A DNA stretch of 64,000 bases, from the NCBI RefSeq assembly GCF_006345805.1, contig NC_043005.1, positions 868,001 through 932,000 on the forward strand, read 5' to 3'. Source of the stretch: Octopus sinensis (Eukaryota). Positions 1 through 12,434 of the stretch are shown here, piece after piece (within the stretch, counting starts at the first letter, position 1; each line of letters starts with the position of its first letter). The notes beneath the pieces were generated by a model. That model made no database searches and was not told the origin of the DNA. It was given only the letters and a program-made list of their open reading frames with translations. A program made the position numbers and the translations under genes.

Positions 1-961
1 AAAATCGAGGATTGCTTTTGAAACATCCGATGGAACTTCTTTTTGTCGAATTCCTCCAATAAGTAGAAAGGCAACTAGAATTCTGAGTGTTTAGTAAGAA
101 TGTCACAAACCTCGGCATTTTCGGTGATTCACATGTTGAGCACTTTACTTTCGCTTTTGATAGTTGAGCAGCTCATTCTGAATGGGATGTCGGAACTGTT
201 TCAAGCTAAATCTACCTCTCACATACTGTGACGACAGAATGTTTTGTTTCATGCCTCGTCTGCCTGGATTTCGTATTTCTTTATCTGTGATGTCTTTGGT
301 AATATTTTGTAGTTTTTATTTTGTTTCCCTTGTTTATTACAAAATTTCTTTGCTTTTGATTATATTCGTTTTCCACTTCAGTTTTGTTGGGATACGTATT
401 GATATGTCTGTGATGCTGCTGACGTTTTTACTTTGTCCAAATCCATCACATTTATAAAGGCTTTTGTAGATAAACGGTGCTTCATGCTTTCAATAGTCTG
501 AACGTTATTTCTTGCCATTCATTTTTATTGACAAAAGTGAAAGTAATGTTCTCATTTCAAAAATCGACAGAACAGTGGATGTGAATAAATGTGCTCTCAA
601 TTATTATTTTCTACCACTATTATCGTTCACGCAGAAGTAGATGCAATCTATGAGGTTATATTCCACTAACGAGAACCACACCGATTTTCATAGGTGTCTT
701 CTCTCAGGTCCTGAATTTCATTTCCATTTCACTTCTGTCTAACATGTTTGCTTGCGTTAAATTTTTGTTTATTGGATGAAATTTATCGTGAAGTGAAATA
801 CCGTTGCTGTTGTGAATTATTCCGAATTTTACCTGATTTTTGTTTAGAAATTTGAATTTTTGTTCTTCATATATTTCAGCTTCGTTGTATTTGAAAGTAA
901 ATTTAATTTGGGCGAAGTTTCGTTTGTCGCAGCACACGTTTCCGTCGATTTCCGTAAAAAA
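1..961 (-). mobile_element. Unclassified repeat with degraded coding-like sequence
   Basis: CpG-retaining segment containing ORF 704..937; its right end recurs inverted at 1393-1444. Family not recognised. Confidence 0.3.
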
Positions 962-1444
962 CTTTTATTTTTTTACATATGGCTTTGCGGGAATATTTGA
1001 AGTAATGAGAGCGAAAGAGACTAACAGGAAGCGATTTTATGACGAGGGAATTTCTTTTTGAAGTCCCCGTGTGTGTGTTTGATGGGGTGTGGGAGACAGA
1101 CAGTATGTTGTGTAAGTGAAGTGCTTCTGTTAGTGTGTGCGAAGAGACAGAGAGAGTAATGTGTGAAAGAGAGAGATAACTGAAATTTTTTACTCGGTGT
1201 ATGTATATGTATGTGTGTGTGTATCTATCTATGTATGTGTGTATGTATGTATGTGTGTAAGTATGTGTGTGTGTGTGTATGTATGTATGGCCGATTCAGT
1301 GTAATTTTTTACTCGGTGTATGTGTATATGTATGTCTGTGTGTATGTGTGTGTGTGTGTATGTATGTATGTATGGCCGATTCAGTGTTTACATTTTTTAC
1401 GGAAATCGACAATCGACGGAAACGTGTGCTACGACAAACGAAAC
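917..1444. repeat. About 45-bp inverted repeats (917-961, 1393-1444) enclosing TG/TATG microsatellite blocks
   Basis: The reverse complement of 917-961 matches 1393-1444 apart from a 7-bp AATCGAC duplication and one substitution. Confidence 0.7.
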
Positions 1445-1481
1445 GAAACATTGCCTTAATTTGTAATAATAAAATCATTTC

Positions 1482-1946
1482 ACATAAGGGGGATCAGCCA
1501 TCTGAATGTGGCTAGGGTCAGGGCGGGGTGGTGGGGGTGTTACTGATGCATTTAGCCCCAGGCGAACATCAACGTCACCAGAAGAGCTGACACCATCTCG
1601 GTGTCCTTGCCAGCCTGCAAAGGGAGATCAGCCTCCCCGAAGATACGGATACTACACACGGACCGGTTTCGAGGTTATTGCCTCTTGTCAACGTATGGTA
1701 AGCACCGCTCTTCGTTGAGGGACTCTCTCTACAGGCTGGATATATAGATTTTCACAGTAACCACAGTCACTGGCGTAGAAAATCCGTTCGAAAACAATAA
1801 CAAATCTCTGAGCGAGATATAAACAGTAACTGCTCTATAACATAAGGGGGATCAGCCATCTGAATGTGGCTAGGGTCAGGGCGGAGTGGTGGGGGTGTTA
1901 CTGATGCATTTAGCCCCAGGCGAACATCAACGTCACCAGAAGAGCT
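1482..1946. repeat. 107-bp direct repeats (1482-1588, 1840-1946) around a 251-bp spacer
   Basis: Constant offset of 358 bp, one mismatch seen; GC-rich relative to the flanks. Confidence 0.85.
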
Positions 1947-2426
1947 CATTTCAGTTTCACGAAAATGAAAGTGATGTTGGAGTCTCAAGTATCACCGAAG
2001 TATAGTTTACGCTAATTTCTATTCAAAAAAGGAAACTTCTCTTCAGGCAGCATTTTGTTTAGCCCAGGGTTAGGGTGATCATGAAGTATTCACTTACTCT
2101 AATCTTACCCTTCCTTTCAATATCATTCATAAAAATAATGATGTTGATTTCTTTTATTGGATACATGAGTCTAACACATTGAGGACAATATAAACGGACG
2201 ATAAAAACTTTGTTTTTTGTTATAACGTGTCATTTCATATTGTTTATTGTTCCGTTAAAGTAGGATTAACAAAAAAAAAAGTACTCTGTCTAGTGAGCGA
2301 TAAATATTTAATGTACACTATTTCAAATAACATCTACTAATAGTTTCTTGACATAGAGACAGTGAGATATAAATCTGCTTCATCTCATTGTCTGTATGAC
2401 AAGAAACTATGAATAGCCCTTATTTT

Positions 2427-3113
2427 GGATCTTTTCCTTTTGAACGGCAGTTTTCAACACAATTTCTAGTTAACTAAACACTTTTAAACTTCGTATACTG
2501 GTAGAATGTGTCAAAATAAAACATTTTTTTCTCTTGGCTTTCTTGAGAAAATTGTAATTTGTAAGTTTAACGTAGTTTAATTTTTCGAATTTTAACCAAT
2601 CCTATGCCCTCTATTGAGCTAAAATCCTTTGCTGCGTCTAAAACTGAGACAACATCCTGTCACTAATCCTAACCCTAAATTTTAGCCTTTTTTTTTTCTT
2701 AATTGTTAAATTAATTTAAGGATAACAATTAAGAAAGAAAAAAAAACGAAAGGCTAAAACGAAAGCAAAAACTCAAAACAAAAACAAAACAAATAATTTT
2801 AGACACGCGTAACAATTAAATTAATTTAACAATTAAGAAAAAAAAACAACGAAAGGCTAAAATTTAGGGTTAGGGTTAGTGACAGGATGTCGTCTCAGTT
2901 TTAGACGCAGCAAAGGATTTTAGCTCAATAGAGGGCATAGGATTGGTTAAAATTCGAAAAATTAAACTACGTTAAACTTACAAATTACAATTTTCTCAAG
3001 AAAGCCAAGAGAAAAAAATGTTTTATTTTGACACATTCTACCTGTATACGAAGTTTAAAAGTGTTTAGTTAACTAGAAATTGTTGAAAAGTGCCGTTCAA
3101 AAGGAAAAGATCC
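2427..3113. mobile_element. Foldback MITE with long TIRs (GGATCTTTTCCTTTTGAACGG...) and 8-bp TSD
   Basis: Near-perfect palindrome over about 280 bp per arm; TSD CTTATTTT at 2419-2426 and 3114-3121. MULE- or hAT-like by TSD length (inference). Confidence 0.85.
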
Positions 3114-3656
3114 CTTATTTTAAATACTGTGTTGTCTTTATATGCCACGCTTGCAATTCTCCATATAAAATGATAGCAACATGTATATCAAATGAAATTA
3201 AAATCTTGGTTCACTGACAAATTGATCAATTTACTAAAGTTTCTCCCTTTTAATTGAATATTGAAAAAGAGAGAAAATGCCAAGGAAATTAATTTTAGCA
3301 GTAACGACTAAACCCTTGATTCCTTATCTCAATTAAAAAGAAATTTAGAGGTTAACATTGCACAAGTTCATTTCTGTAAATGTTTTTCTTGCGCACCCCC
3401 TCGTTTTATGGAAAATATCTGTACTTTTGGTTATTTCCCCCAACTAAAAAAATGTGTTTAATTCTCAATAAAACAAAAAAAGAAATGAAAAAATTATAAA
3501 CAGGTGCAGGAGTTCCTGTGTGGTAAGGAGCTTGCTTCCCAACAACATGGTTCCAGGTTCAGTCCCACTGCGTGGCATCTTGAGCAAGTGAGTGGATTGG
3601 GTAGATGGAAAGTGAAAGAAGCCCATTGTATATATATATATATATCTGTAAGTGTA

Positions 3657-3853
3657 ATCATCATCATCATCATCGTTTAACGTCCGCTTTCCATGCTAGC
3701 ATGGGTTGGACGATTTTGACTGAGGACTGGTGAATCACATGGCTGCACCAGGCTCCAATCTTGATTTGGCAGAGTTTCTACAGCTGGATGCCCTTCCTAA
3801 CGCCAACCACTCTGAGAGTGTAGTGGGTGCTTTTTACGTGCCACCAGCATGGG
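3657..3853 (-). mobile_element. RTE LINE 3' end fragment
   Basis: (CAT)n tail, CCATGCTAGCATGG palindrome and GGATGCCCTTCCTAACGCC motif, as in the 3' ends of the long RTE copies. Confidence 0.85.
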
Positions 3854-3882
3854 AATATATATATATATATATATTGATAAAA

Positions 3883-4259
3883 ATGGTAAGACAACAAAAT
3901 AATGAAAGAGACCTCGATATTATGTAAATAGAGGAATTTATCTGTAAATGTAATATGTGACAATTATTCAGTGGCCATGATAAAACTCCGAGTTTCGGAT
4001 GCCGGAGTGGAAATCCATGCTGCCATCTCTTCAGTTATCCGGCCATTGAAGAAATACTATTTTAGTGTAGCATACTAAGTATACCATAGTATTTTTTCGA
4101 TGGCCATATAACTGAAGAGATGGCGGCGTGGATTTCCACCTCGGCATCCGAAACTCAGAGTTTTATCATGGCTACTGAATAATTGTCACATATTACATTT
4201 ACAGATAAATTCCTCTATTTACATAATATTGAGGTCTCTTTCATTATTTTGTTGTCTTA

Positions 4260-4263
<4 letters not shown>
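3883..4263. mobile_element. Palindromic MITE within a (TA)n tract
   Basis: TGGTAAGACAACAAAATAATGAAAGAGACC... / ...GGTCTCTTTCATTATTTTGTTGTCTTACCA; arms pair over about 180 bp. Confidence 0.8.
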
Positions 4264-4298
<35 letters not shown>

Positions 4299-4301
<3 letters not shown>

Positions 4302-4547
4302 CCATGCTGGTGGCACGTAAACAGCATTATCCGAACATGATCAATGCCATGAGCCACTCACTAGCTCCCACGCCGGTGGCATATAAAAAGCAGCCACTAC
4401 ACTCCCGGAGTGGTTGGCGTTAGGAAGGGCATCCAGCTGCAGTAACACTGCCAGATCAGATTGGAGCCTGGTGTAGGCACTGGCTCACCAGACTTCAGTC
4501 AAACCGTCCGACCCATGCCAGCATGGAAAGCAGACGTTAAACGATGA
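4299..4547 (+). mobile_element. RTE LINE 3' end fragment
   Basis: Same motifs as the other RTE tails, ending GTTAAACGATGAT. Confidence 0.85.
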
Positions 4548-4638
4548 TATATGTGTGTATTTGTTGTGTCAGTGTTTGTCCCCCCACGTCATTGCTTGAC
4601 AACCAATGTTGGTGTGTTTACGTCCCTGCCACTTAGCA

Positions 4639-5214
4639 GTTCGGCAAAATAAGACCAATAGAATAGTACTAGGCTTACAAAGAATAAGTCCTGGGGTCAA
4701 TTTGCTCAACTAAAGGCGGTGCTCCAGCATGGCCACAGTCAAATGACTGAAACAAGTAAAAGAGTACAAACCAACGGTGGGGTGAGGACTTTCGCAAAAT
4801 TCTGATAACATTTTTCTAACAAATCATACCATGTCTATTGAAGAGGCCAAAAGTCAACAATGTGTTGAAGTATTGAATCAAAAGATTCTAACCCTTTTAA
4901 TCCAATCTCTTGTCGCCACATGAAATCAGTTTTTTAGTGGGGAGATGACCCAATTTTTTAATGGGGTGACATAACCAAAAAGTATTTTTATTTTTGTTCG
5001 TTGAATGAATTCCAGTAACCGGTTAATGTTTACTTTATTACCCAGTCACGGAAACAAAAAAAGAAAAAATAGTGCAACGGGTGTCAAAAAAAATGTGTAT
5101 GAAACGAATATGAAAACAAAAATGTGCGGGGGTGGGGAGAGGACTTTCGGAAAGTTCACAAAATCCGATTTTTTCCTCCATAACTTTGAGGAAAATGGAT
5201 ATCCTTTCATGAAA
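4639..5214 (+). repeat. 576-bp near-identical copy of 26906-27481
   Basis: Constant offset of 22267 bp, no indels, about 4 substitutions by eye. Confidence 0.9.
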
Positions 5215-5912
5215 GGATCTTTTCCTTTTGAACGGCACTTTTCAACACAATTTCTAGTTAACCAAACACTTTTAAACTTCTTATACTGGTAGAATGTGTC
5301 AAAATAAAACATTTTTTCCTCTTGGCTTTCTTGAGAAAATTCTATATGTTGTAACATATTTCGTCTTTAATTTCGAGCATTTCGGTAATTTTAACCAATC
5401 GCTGACCCCATTTAGGTAAATAACATTCTGTGCATAATGAATATGTCTCTCCTTTAAGAAACAGATTGGGTTTATTTACATTTGTGAAGAAAAAAAGATA
5501 CCCTTCCCCCACCCCTAGCCCTAACCCTAAAACAGATTGAAATGCAATAGATCGATACTAGGGTTATAGTTATGGGTGACATTTACATTCGACACCGCTA
5601 GAAAAAAATACAATTTTCCGTAGCAGTGTCGTATGAAATTGTCACTCATAATTATTATTGCATTTCAATCTGTTTTAGGGTTAGGGGTGAGGGAAGAATA
5701 TCTTTTTTTTTTCTTCGCAAATGTAAATAAACCCAATCTGTTGCTTAAACGAGGGACACATTCATACAGCACGGAATGTTTTCACCCCAAATGGACTCCA
5801 GCGATTGGTTAAAATTGCCGAAATGCTCGAAATTAAAGTGGATTATCTTACAAACTATAGAATTTTCTCAATAAAGCCAAGAAAAAATGATGTTTTATAA
5901 ACACATTCTACT
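5215..5912. mobile_element. Foldback MITE related to 2427-3113, right TIR truncated
   Basis: Starts GGATCTTTTCCTTTTGAACGG; internal arms are inverted and contain CCCTAACCCTAA motifs. Confidence 0.75.
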
Positions 5913-8900
5913 AGAAAAGAACCTAAAAATATTTTTTTCTCAACTTACTCAAGATCTTTTGTTGTTTATAAATGGGAGAGAGATAGATAGGGAAAGATAG
6001 AGAGTAAGAGAAAGCGAGGGAAAGTCCGAGAGAAATGAAGAGTAAGAGAGTGGGAAAGTGAGAGAGAAACAAAGAGGGAGAATGTGGCGATAAGAAACAG
6101 AAAGTAACAACCACAAACTCACCCGCAAAATTAAATTGGTCGGAGGTGCATTGTGCTGTAGTCTATATTTTGGGTTCTATCCGGAGTCTCAATCTTTAAA
6201 GATCTTATCTATGTCAGGTTATCTTTTCAGTCAGAAATTAAAGATTGTTCAGGTAATTATTTGTAATTAGTGAGATATTTTGGAACTGTGTAGTTGAGAA
6301 GTTTGTCTTGTGTCTCTAAGTCTGAACGAGATCATCTTGATAAGTTACCATTTTGGATCCTGTTTAAGATGGATTGACACACGTGGAAGGAGGGTTTAGG
6401 TGAATGTTCGAAGCTTTTGTGCACAAAATGAAGTGTAAAGTGATTTCATCTGTCTGAGGGTTAGGTTGGTAATGATGAGTAGCTGGTTGTTAATATAAAA
6501 TTAGTAGCATTGCTGCTCTGCCTCAAGTTAAGTAGCTCTTTGGATAAAGGGGGTTGGTGTACTGTCAGTTTTTACTGCATTTTTTGACTTTGAGAAAAAG
6601 TATTTTTGACAAGTGTTCACTACTTTACAAAAATTACAGCTAAGCAAAGGACTTCCTGTAAATGCATTAAAAAGACACTATAACATATACAGAACACTTT
6701 CAGAAAATTACCACCGTTCTCTTTGAGCATATAAAAGACAAATTTAGCTGAGGCAAAACGAGTAAACTAAGGTAAGGTAAATTTGCCTCCTCAATTCTTC
6801 AGAATTACATTTGAAAACAGACTCATACACATCAGTATCCATCCTTAGACATCAGAAATGAAACAAAAATTAAGAGTAGTATCTGGCCGAAATGAAAGAG
6901 GAGCGTGGGAAAAGGGCACACATGAAATTAACAAAATTCAATAAAAAAAAACTCAACATAAAAATTCTCTAGCATCTTGATGGTCTCCTGGAGTGTCTCT
7001 CCTGCCGATATATTTACGCACCATGCAACTAAAGAGAAGGAATTATTGAAATTAGTCACTATTCATTTTACCCCATTTTAGCGACATCATTTTTTGAAAA
7101 TTGAAAATTATGTCAAATAAGACATTAGTGTTGGAAAAATTGGCTTGGGATCCAACAAATCAAGGAATACTGATTGTTAAACACCAAAAATTATCCAGAT
7201 ATTTTATTAGCAACCCCAATTACAATCGGATCGAAGTTGAAAAATTTCTTGAAAAAAAAATTTCTGTCACCTGATTGTTTCAAATTCTTTCAATTTCAGC
7301 AACACCCATGCCAACCAATTTTCACTCCCAGAGATGATGTAACATTACAAAATGATGACGCAATATTTGCAATGTAATGATTTCAAACAGATAGGCAGAA
7401 ATAACGAGAAATTACTCATTTTACCCCGGTTCCGAATTTTGCGCTCTTTCCCTTTATATTCCGCATTCCTGGCAAAAAACATCAGATGTTCTTTAGCTTT
7501 CACTGCAAGTTAGGCCTCATAGGGTGAAAGACATTTTATTTCTGAAAAAAAAAAAAAAATGCAAAGATATTTGATTGACATAAAGAAAAAGAACTCGACA
7601 TTTTTCTCTCATGTTGTTTTCCTTCTTTTCTTCTTTGCTCTTATTCTTCCGTATAGCTTTCTTTAATTCAACTTCTTTTGCTATTTCTTTTCCCTTTTAC
7701 TTGCATTCACCCAGAAATAATTTAGAAAACACTGTCGTACTGAATACGCTAACCCTTTAGACTCAAATGTCCTACTCTGGCAGTAACACCCATCTAGGCA
7801 GTCATCCGTTTCTCATGTAAAACTGCACTGACAAACCCACTGCAACTTATCTACAGGCTGTTAGGGATAGAAAAAGGGTCTTTCCGGTGTGTGTGTGTGT
7901 GGTGCCTGTGTTTATGAGTGTGTGTAGTGCGTGTTTGCACACACACACACACACTTGTTCATTCTGTAGCTAGATAAACTTTCTTTCCCCCTATTTTGAC
8001 ATATTTACATGTAATGTATCTGACTGTTATTGATGTGTACATAAAATAGGTAAACAGCAATTGGCGTTTAAATTAGTGAGCTAGCTGGGACTCTAAGCAA
8101 TACAAAACAGAGAGAGAGAGAGAGCGCGTAGACTGTAAAGCTGTCACCTAACTTACATGTTGGATTTAGTCATATCTCATTACATGGAATTTTAAATATT
8201 TCATTGGATTTGGGGAAGATAAAATAAATGCAGTGTTTTACTGTTGGTAACATAACGTGTTCATTTGTTCAGTTGACAATTTGTTAGTACAATTTCTTTA
8301 TATAATGTTAAATAAATGAAACAGCATTTACAATGAACAAATACAAAATTAGTAATGTATTCACTGGAAAGATTTATTGCAGCTTTTTAAGACCAAGAAA
8401 GGTTTTTGTCATATGTTTGTATACACTGATATTGTCATCTCTTTGCATGGAATGCTTTTGTCCCGAATTCTGCAAATTAAACTAGAAAAATGTGTAACTT
8501 CCCTTAATACTTGTGGGCTGGAGCGGGTGTTAGTTAGGGGTGGCTCTTACTGCTGGCCACTGTCGCCACGCAGTCTACCATCAACTGTTATATTCATCAC
8601 ACGCCCGTATTTTGCTGTTCGTGTTTATTCTTTGATAACGCTCACCTGGTTAGCTAGTCTGGTATGTATACTTTTTAGTGTCAGGGTGTGTTGTGAAGCC
8701 CCCCCCCCCCGGGCAACACCTCGTCATCCACTCTGATTCTGTATCAAACGTAGGTTGACTCTACGTAGCATTTCGGATATATTATACCTCTACCTTGTTG
8801 GGGGCAATAGTTTACATTTCGACATGCAGTCGTTTATCGTATGGAATACCGTGTGAAAGTCTGGGTATGTTGTATCTTTCTATTATCTATGTACATGTGT

Positions 8901-10779
8901 TGTTGTTTCTCCCCATGTCAGCCCTTATGGAGCAGACTTATGATGATAGGCATTCTAGACATTACTATCCCATATTTTTTCAGGGTTTGTCTGCCTCTAA
9001 CTACATCATATAACGTGTCCATTTATAAGACAGCAGGGTGTTAATCGAGAGATGTGGCTGCTATTTCTAGCAAGTCAGAAGACCATGTAGAATTTCATTC
9101 GTTGGCTCGTATCTTGTTCTTTACTCTCAGGTCATCCTTCATCGAGTATTTTAACCTTATTAACTTATCTTCCTAGAAGTATCTATCACTTCATTATCCA
9201 GTGTAACCATATTAAAAATAGCAAAGTGACTTGAGGGAATTTTCGCCGCTTTTTCATGCAGGTCACAGCGGAATGAAGTGAGGCGGCCTACATGAGTGCA
9301 ACTATAGTTGTGTTCACTGGTGGTATGTACCCAGTGCAATGTTTTTGAAGGAAGAGTATTTCTATATAGGGTAGCAATAATGTGGGATATGTGATAAGAA
9401 ATTGTATTAGTGTCTGGACACTACTAATTTCTTGTGGCCCCAAAATTTAGCGATCTTGGAATATAACTGTTTTCCTTTCAGTTTTGCAAATTCCATTCAT
9501 AACACAGTAACAATGAAAATGTTGTTTATGTACAACAAAAGGATTTTTTCTTTCACGTTTAATGTACAACAAATCAGAATACTTTTTATAATTACTGAAC
9601 TACATGAAATAGATGAGAGAACATTTTTAATAAATAGTTTGTGGTCCGAGACAAACTAATAACTAAAGTTTGGTGAAACTGAGTGTTAAACTGTAGGGGG
9701 AAAAAGAAAACATCATAGTCAAAGTTACTGAAGTCTCCAGGACATAAAAAACCACAAAAAAAAAAAAAGTACCCTCCCCCACCGAAAAGGGTATGTTTTT
9801 TTTCTCACAATTCTGGAAATCTAAAAAGGTATAGTTTTGTCTTTTATTGATAATTTCTAAATTGTATTAAGCAGTGCAAAACGTTATTAGAGACGTTGGA
9901 TTGTGACCCGGAACTGCCTTTTCTAACAGTCGTGTAAGAGGGACGACATCTCGATGCATGTTGCTTGGTCAATATTATTTCATGGAGATATTGCAGGCAG
10001 TAGGAAGAGACATCTAACTAAAGATTGTGTGTGTAAGCTAACAATGGGACGTATGAACGACATAATATATTTAATAGCGTAACAAGTCAGACACTGCAAG
10101 ATGTTAGTAATGCTGCCGTTCTGGGTTATTTATCCTCCTGTTCAGCACTGATTGACCTAAATCACCATATGATAAAGGGGCTTCAGCCCTCATCATGTCT
10201 TTTTAGGGGTGTGTAGAAGAAATGCATTAAATTTTGTTTTTGCTAAGAGTTCAGGATGTAATGTTAGGGATATATGGCTGTTTTTTCTGGACTATTATTG
10301 AATTTTTCTAGTATTTTGGGAGAATTCTTTTAATGGTTTCAGTCGCTCGACTGTGGCCATGCTGGAGCACCGCCTTAATTTTTTTTTAGTTTTGGTGTCG
10401 CTTTATGATTGAAAGTGGGTCAGTGATCGAGTTTGTTGCTGATCTCCCCTGAGTTTATCCTTGAATGGCTGGTTGGTCCGGTATCGTCGTTAGGAGATCG
10501 TCCAATGTTTGTTTGAAAGTTTCAGTAGAGGTCCTTTTTATATATATATATATAATGCGAAAACTAATTCGTGTGTCAGTGTGTCACACTTATACTCCCT
10601 CTTTTACTATTCATCGACACTTCTACTAGTGCTCATACTGGGGTAAGAGTAATAGTAGGCATAGAGACGGTGAGGGTGGTGGCCAAGAGAGGGAGATAGA
10701 GAGACAAAGAAATTTAGGGAGAGTTGATGTTTTTATTAAAAGGAGTAGTGTTGATGGTGGAAGTGAGAGTAACAATAAG

Positions 10780-11090
10780 AGAGAGAGAGAGAAAAAGAGA
10801 GACTGAGCACTGATTCAACATACTTCTAACATACTGGACTATAGTAATGGGTGACAGTAATGGTATGAGCTGTAGTTGTGATAGAGGAGGCGGTGGTGAT
10901 GATGATAGTGGTTGTGGTGGTAGCGAGGTGGTCAGGGATGACTGTAAGAGTAAGTGATGTGAAGGACAGCGGTGATGGTGGCGGAGGGGAAGGTGGCGAA
11001 GCCAAAGATATTGATGGTGGTGGCGTCAGAAGTCTAAATGGTGTGTGTATGGCAGCTGTGGCAATGGTGGTGGTACCGTTGTTTATCATG
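10780..11090. repeat. Low-complexity GA and GGT/GAT-rich tract
   Basis: Degenerate trinucleotide repeats; the ORFs here are compositional. Confidence 0.7.
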
Positions 11091-11271
11091 CAGCTTTGCA
11101 ATAAGTTCCAAGTCGACTAATTATATCATTGTTTTGATGAAAATTGTTCATTGCTTGAAAAATATTGGTCAAGTTTAATAAAATTTAATATGTACTCAAT
11201 GCATGAAGTGTCATTGTTGGGCCCAGGGCCTAATGAAGAGCCCTCCACAGGAGCTAGCTTAAATAAGCTAG

Positions 11272-11326
<55 letters not shown>

Positions 11327-11487
11327 GATTTAGTTGAATTGGGTACTTAAATTGAAGCACCTTGTTAGGTCAGTATAATCTGCACATCCAAACAAAATTA
11401 ATTGAATATCAAGACTCTGTGTGGGAGTGTTTTTACCTGATATTCCTGTTATGTGTGCAGACAATGCAAGCCATCTAAGTGAAGATA

Positions 11488-12342
11488 TGTTTCTTTATTA
11501 GCCACACAGGGCTGCACACAGATAGAACAAATTACAAGGTAGAGCTTTTCTTTTGAAGGTTTAAAAAAAAAAATTAAAAAAAGGAAGGGGGAGGTCGATC
11601 AAAAGGGATCGTAAAAGGAGAGAAAGAGGACAAAAAAGGGGGGTTAAAAAAAAAGGGGGAGAGGAAAAAAAAAATTGATCAATAGGGATCGTTATCACAG
11701 AAGTGTCAATATGAAGTGTAAAGGGGAGGACAGGTGAGGTTTACCCGTGGAAAGAAAAGACCACGGTAACCTCGGTCAATGGAGTCACATGTTATATTTC
11801 TTTTTTTTTTTTTTTTGCGAATAAGCAACTCTCTGTTTTCAATTTCTGGGTTCATAGGATCATGCTCAAGGTGGCTTCGTCATTCATACGTGCCATTCTT
11901 GCTACATTCACCCATCTTTTTTTAAAACATTCGCTAGACAAAACTTGCCTCTCTACTCTCACTTTCCTTTTCAAGTGGTACTTGAAGAAGTTGATGAGAG
12001 ATTGACCAGAGAGGTAAGTGTTTGTCTCCAATCCTTTCAGACGCGTCCACCAGATACATTCTTTCGCCATAGCCACAAGGATGATGAAAATAGCTCTTCC
12101 TTCCCGTTTGAAGGAGGGAGGCGTGACAATATTGACGATAAACTCAGCTGATAAACCAACTCGTCCCACACGTGACAGCAGTTGTTCGACATAAGCCCAC
12201 AGGTCGGAAATTGTTGGACACTGCACGAGTGCGTGCAGAACGGTTTCGTCGCTCTGACCGCATCTCGGGCAGGTCGGCCCCGTGTTTCTCGAGCCGTGTC
12301 TGTAGAGCTTATCCCGAACGGGTAGCGCTTCTCGGTAGCACT
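11488..12342 (-). mobile_element. 5'-truncated Tx1/L1-clade non-LTR retrotransposon
   Basis: ORF with C-terminal zinc knuckle CPRCGQSDETVLHALVQC; 3' UTR with AATAAA; flanked by 18-bp direct repeat GCCATCTAAGTGAAGATA (11470-11487, 12343-12360). Confidence 0.8.
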
Positions 12343-12434
12343 GCCATCTAAGTGAAGATAACCACTCTTGGCAATTCAGACATGTACCTTTTATAAAAGT
12401 ACTTTCCAAAGTGCAGATTCCTAGTTAGGTGAAC

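Larger units (their letters stand above)
3502..4765 (+). mobile_element. tRNA-derived SINE split by an insertion (head 3502-3656, body/tail 4548-4765)
   Basis: Head and tail match the SINE family also at 26614, 29869 and 30501 (GCAGGAGTGGCTGTGTGG...GGTTCAGTCCCACTGCGTGG...GGTGCTCCAGCATGGCC). Confidence 0.75.

Noticed and set aside
1540-1620. Hammerhead or HDV-like ribozyme (CTGATG...GCC-CCA-GGC-GAAC)
   Set aside because: The core deviates from CUGAUGA...GAAA and I could not build stems I/III or an HDV pseudoknot by eye.
6118-6600. Minus-strand exon ending at a CGG|GTGAGT donor (possible divergent gene)
   Set aside because: No open frame or acceptor found; a lone donor motif is insufficient.
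10826-11120. Thr/Pro- or Val/Gly-rich ORFs as host exons
   Set aside because: Low-complexity repeat with no supporting splice sites or homology.
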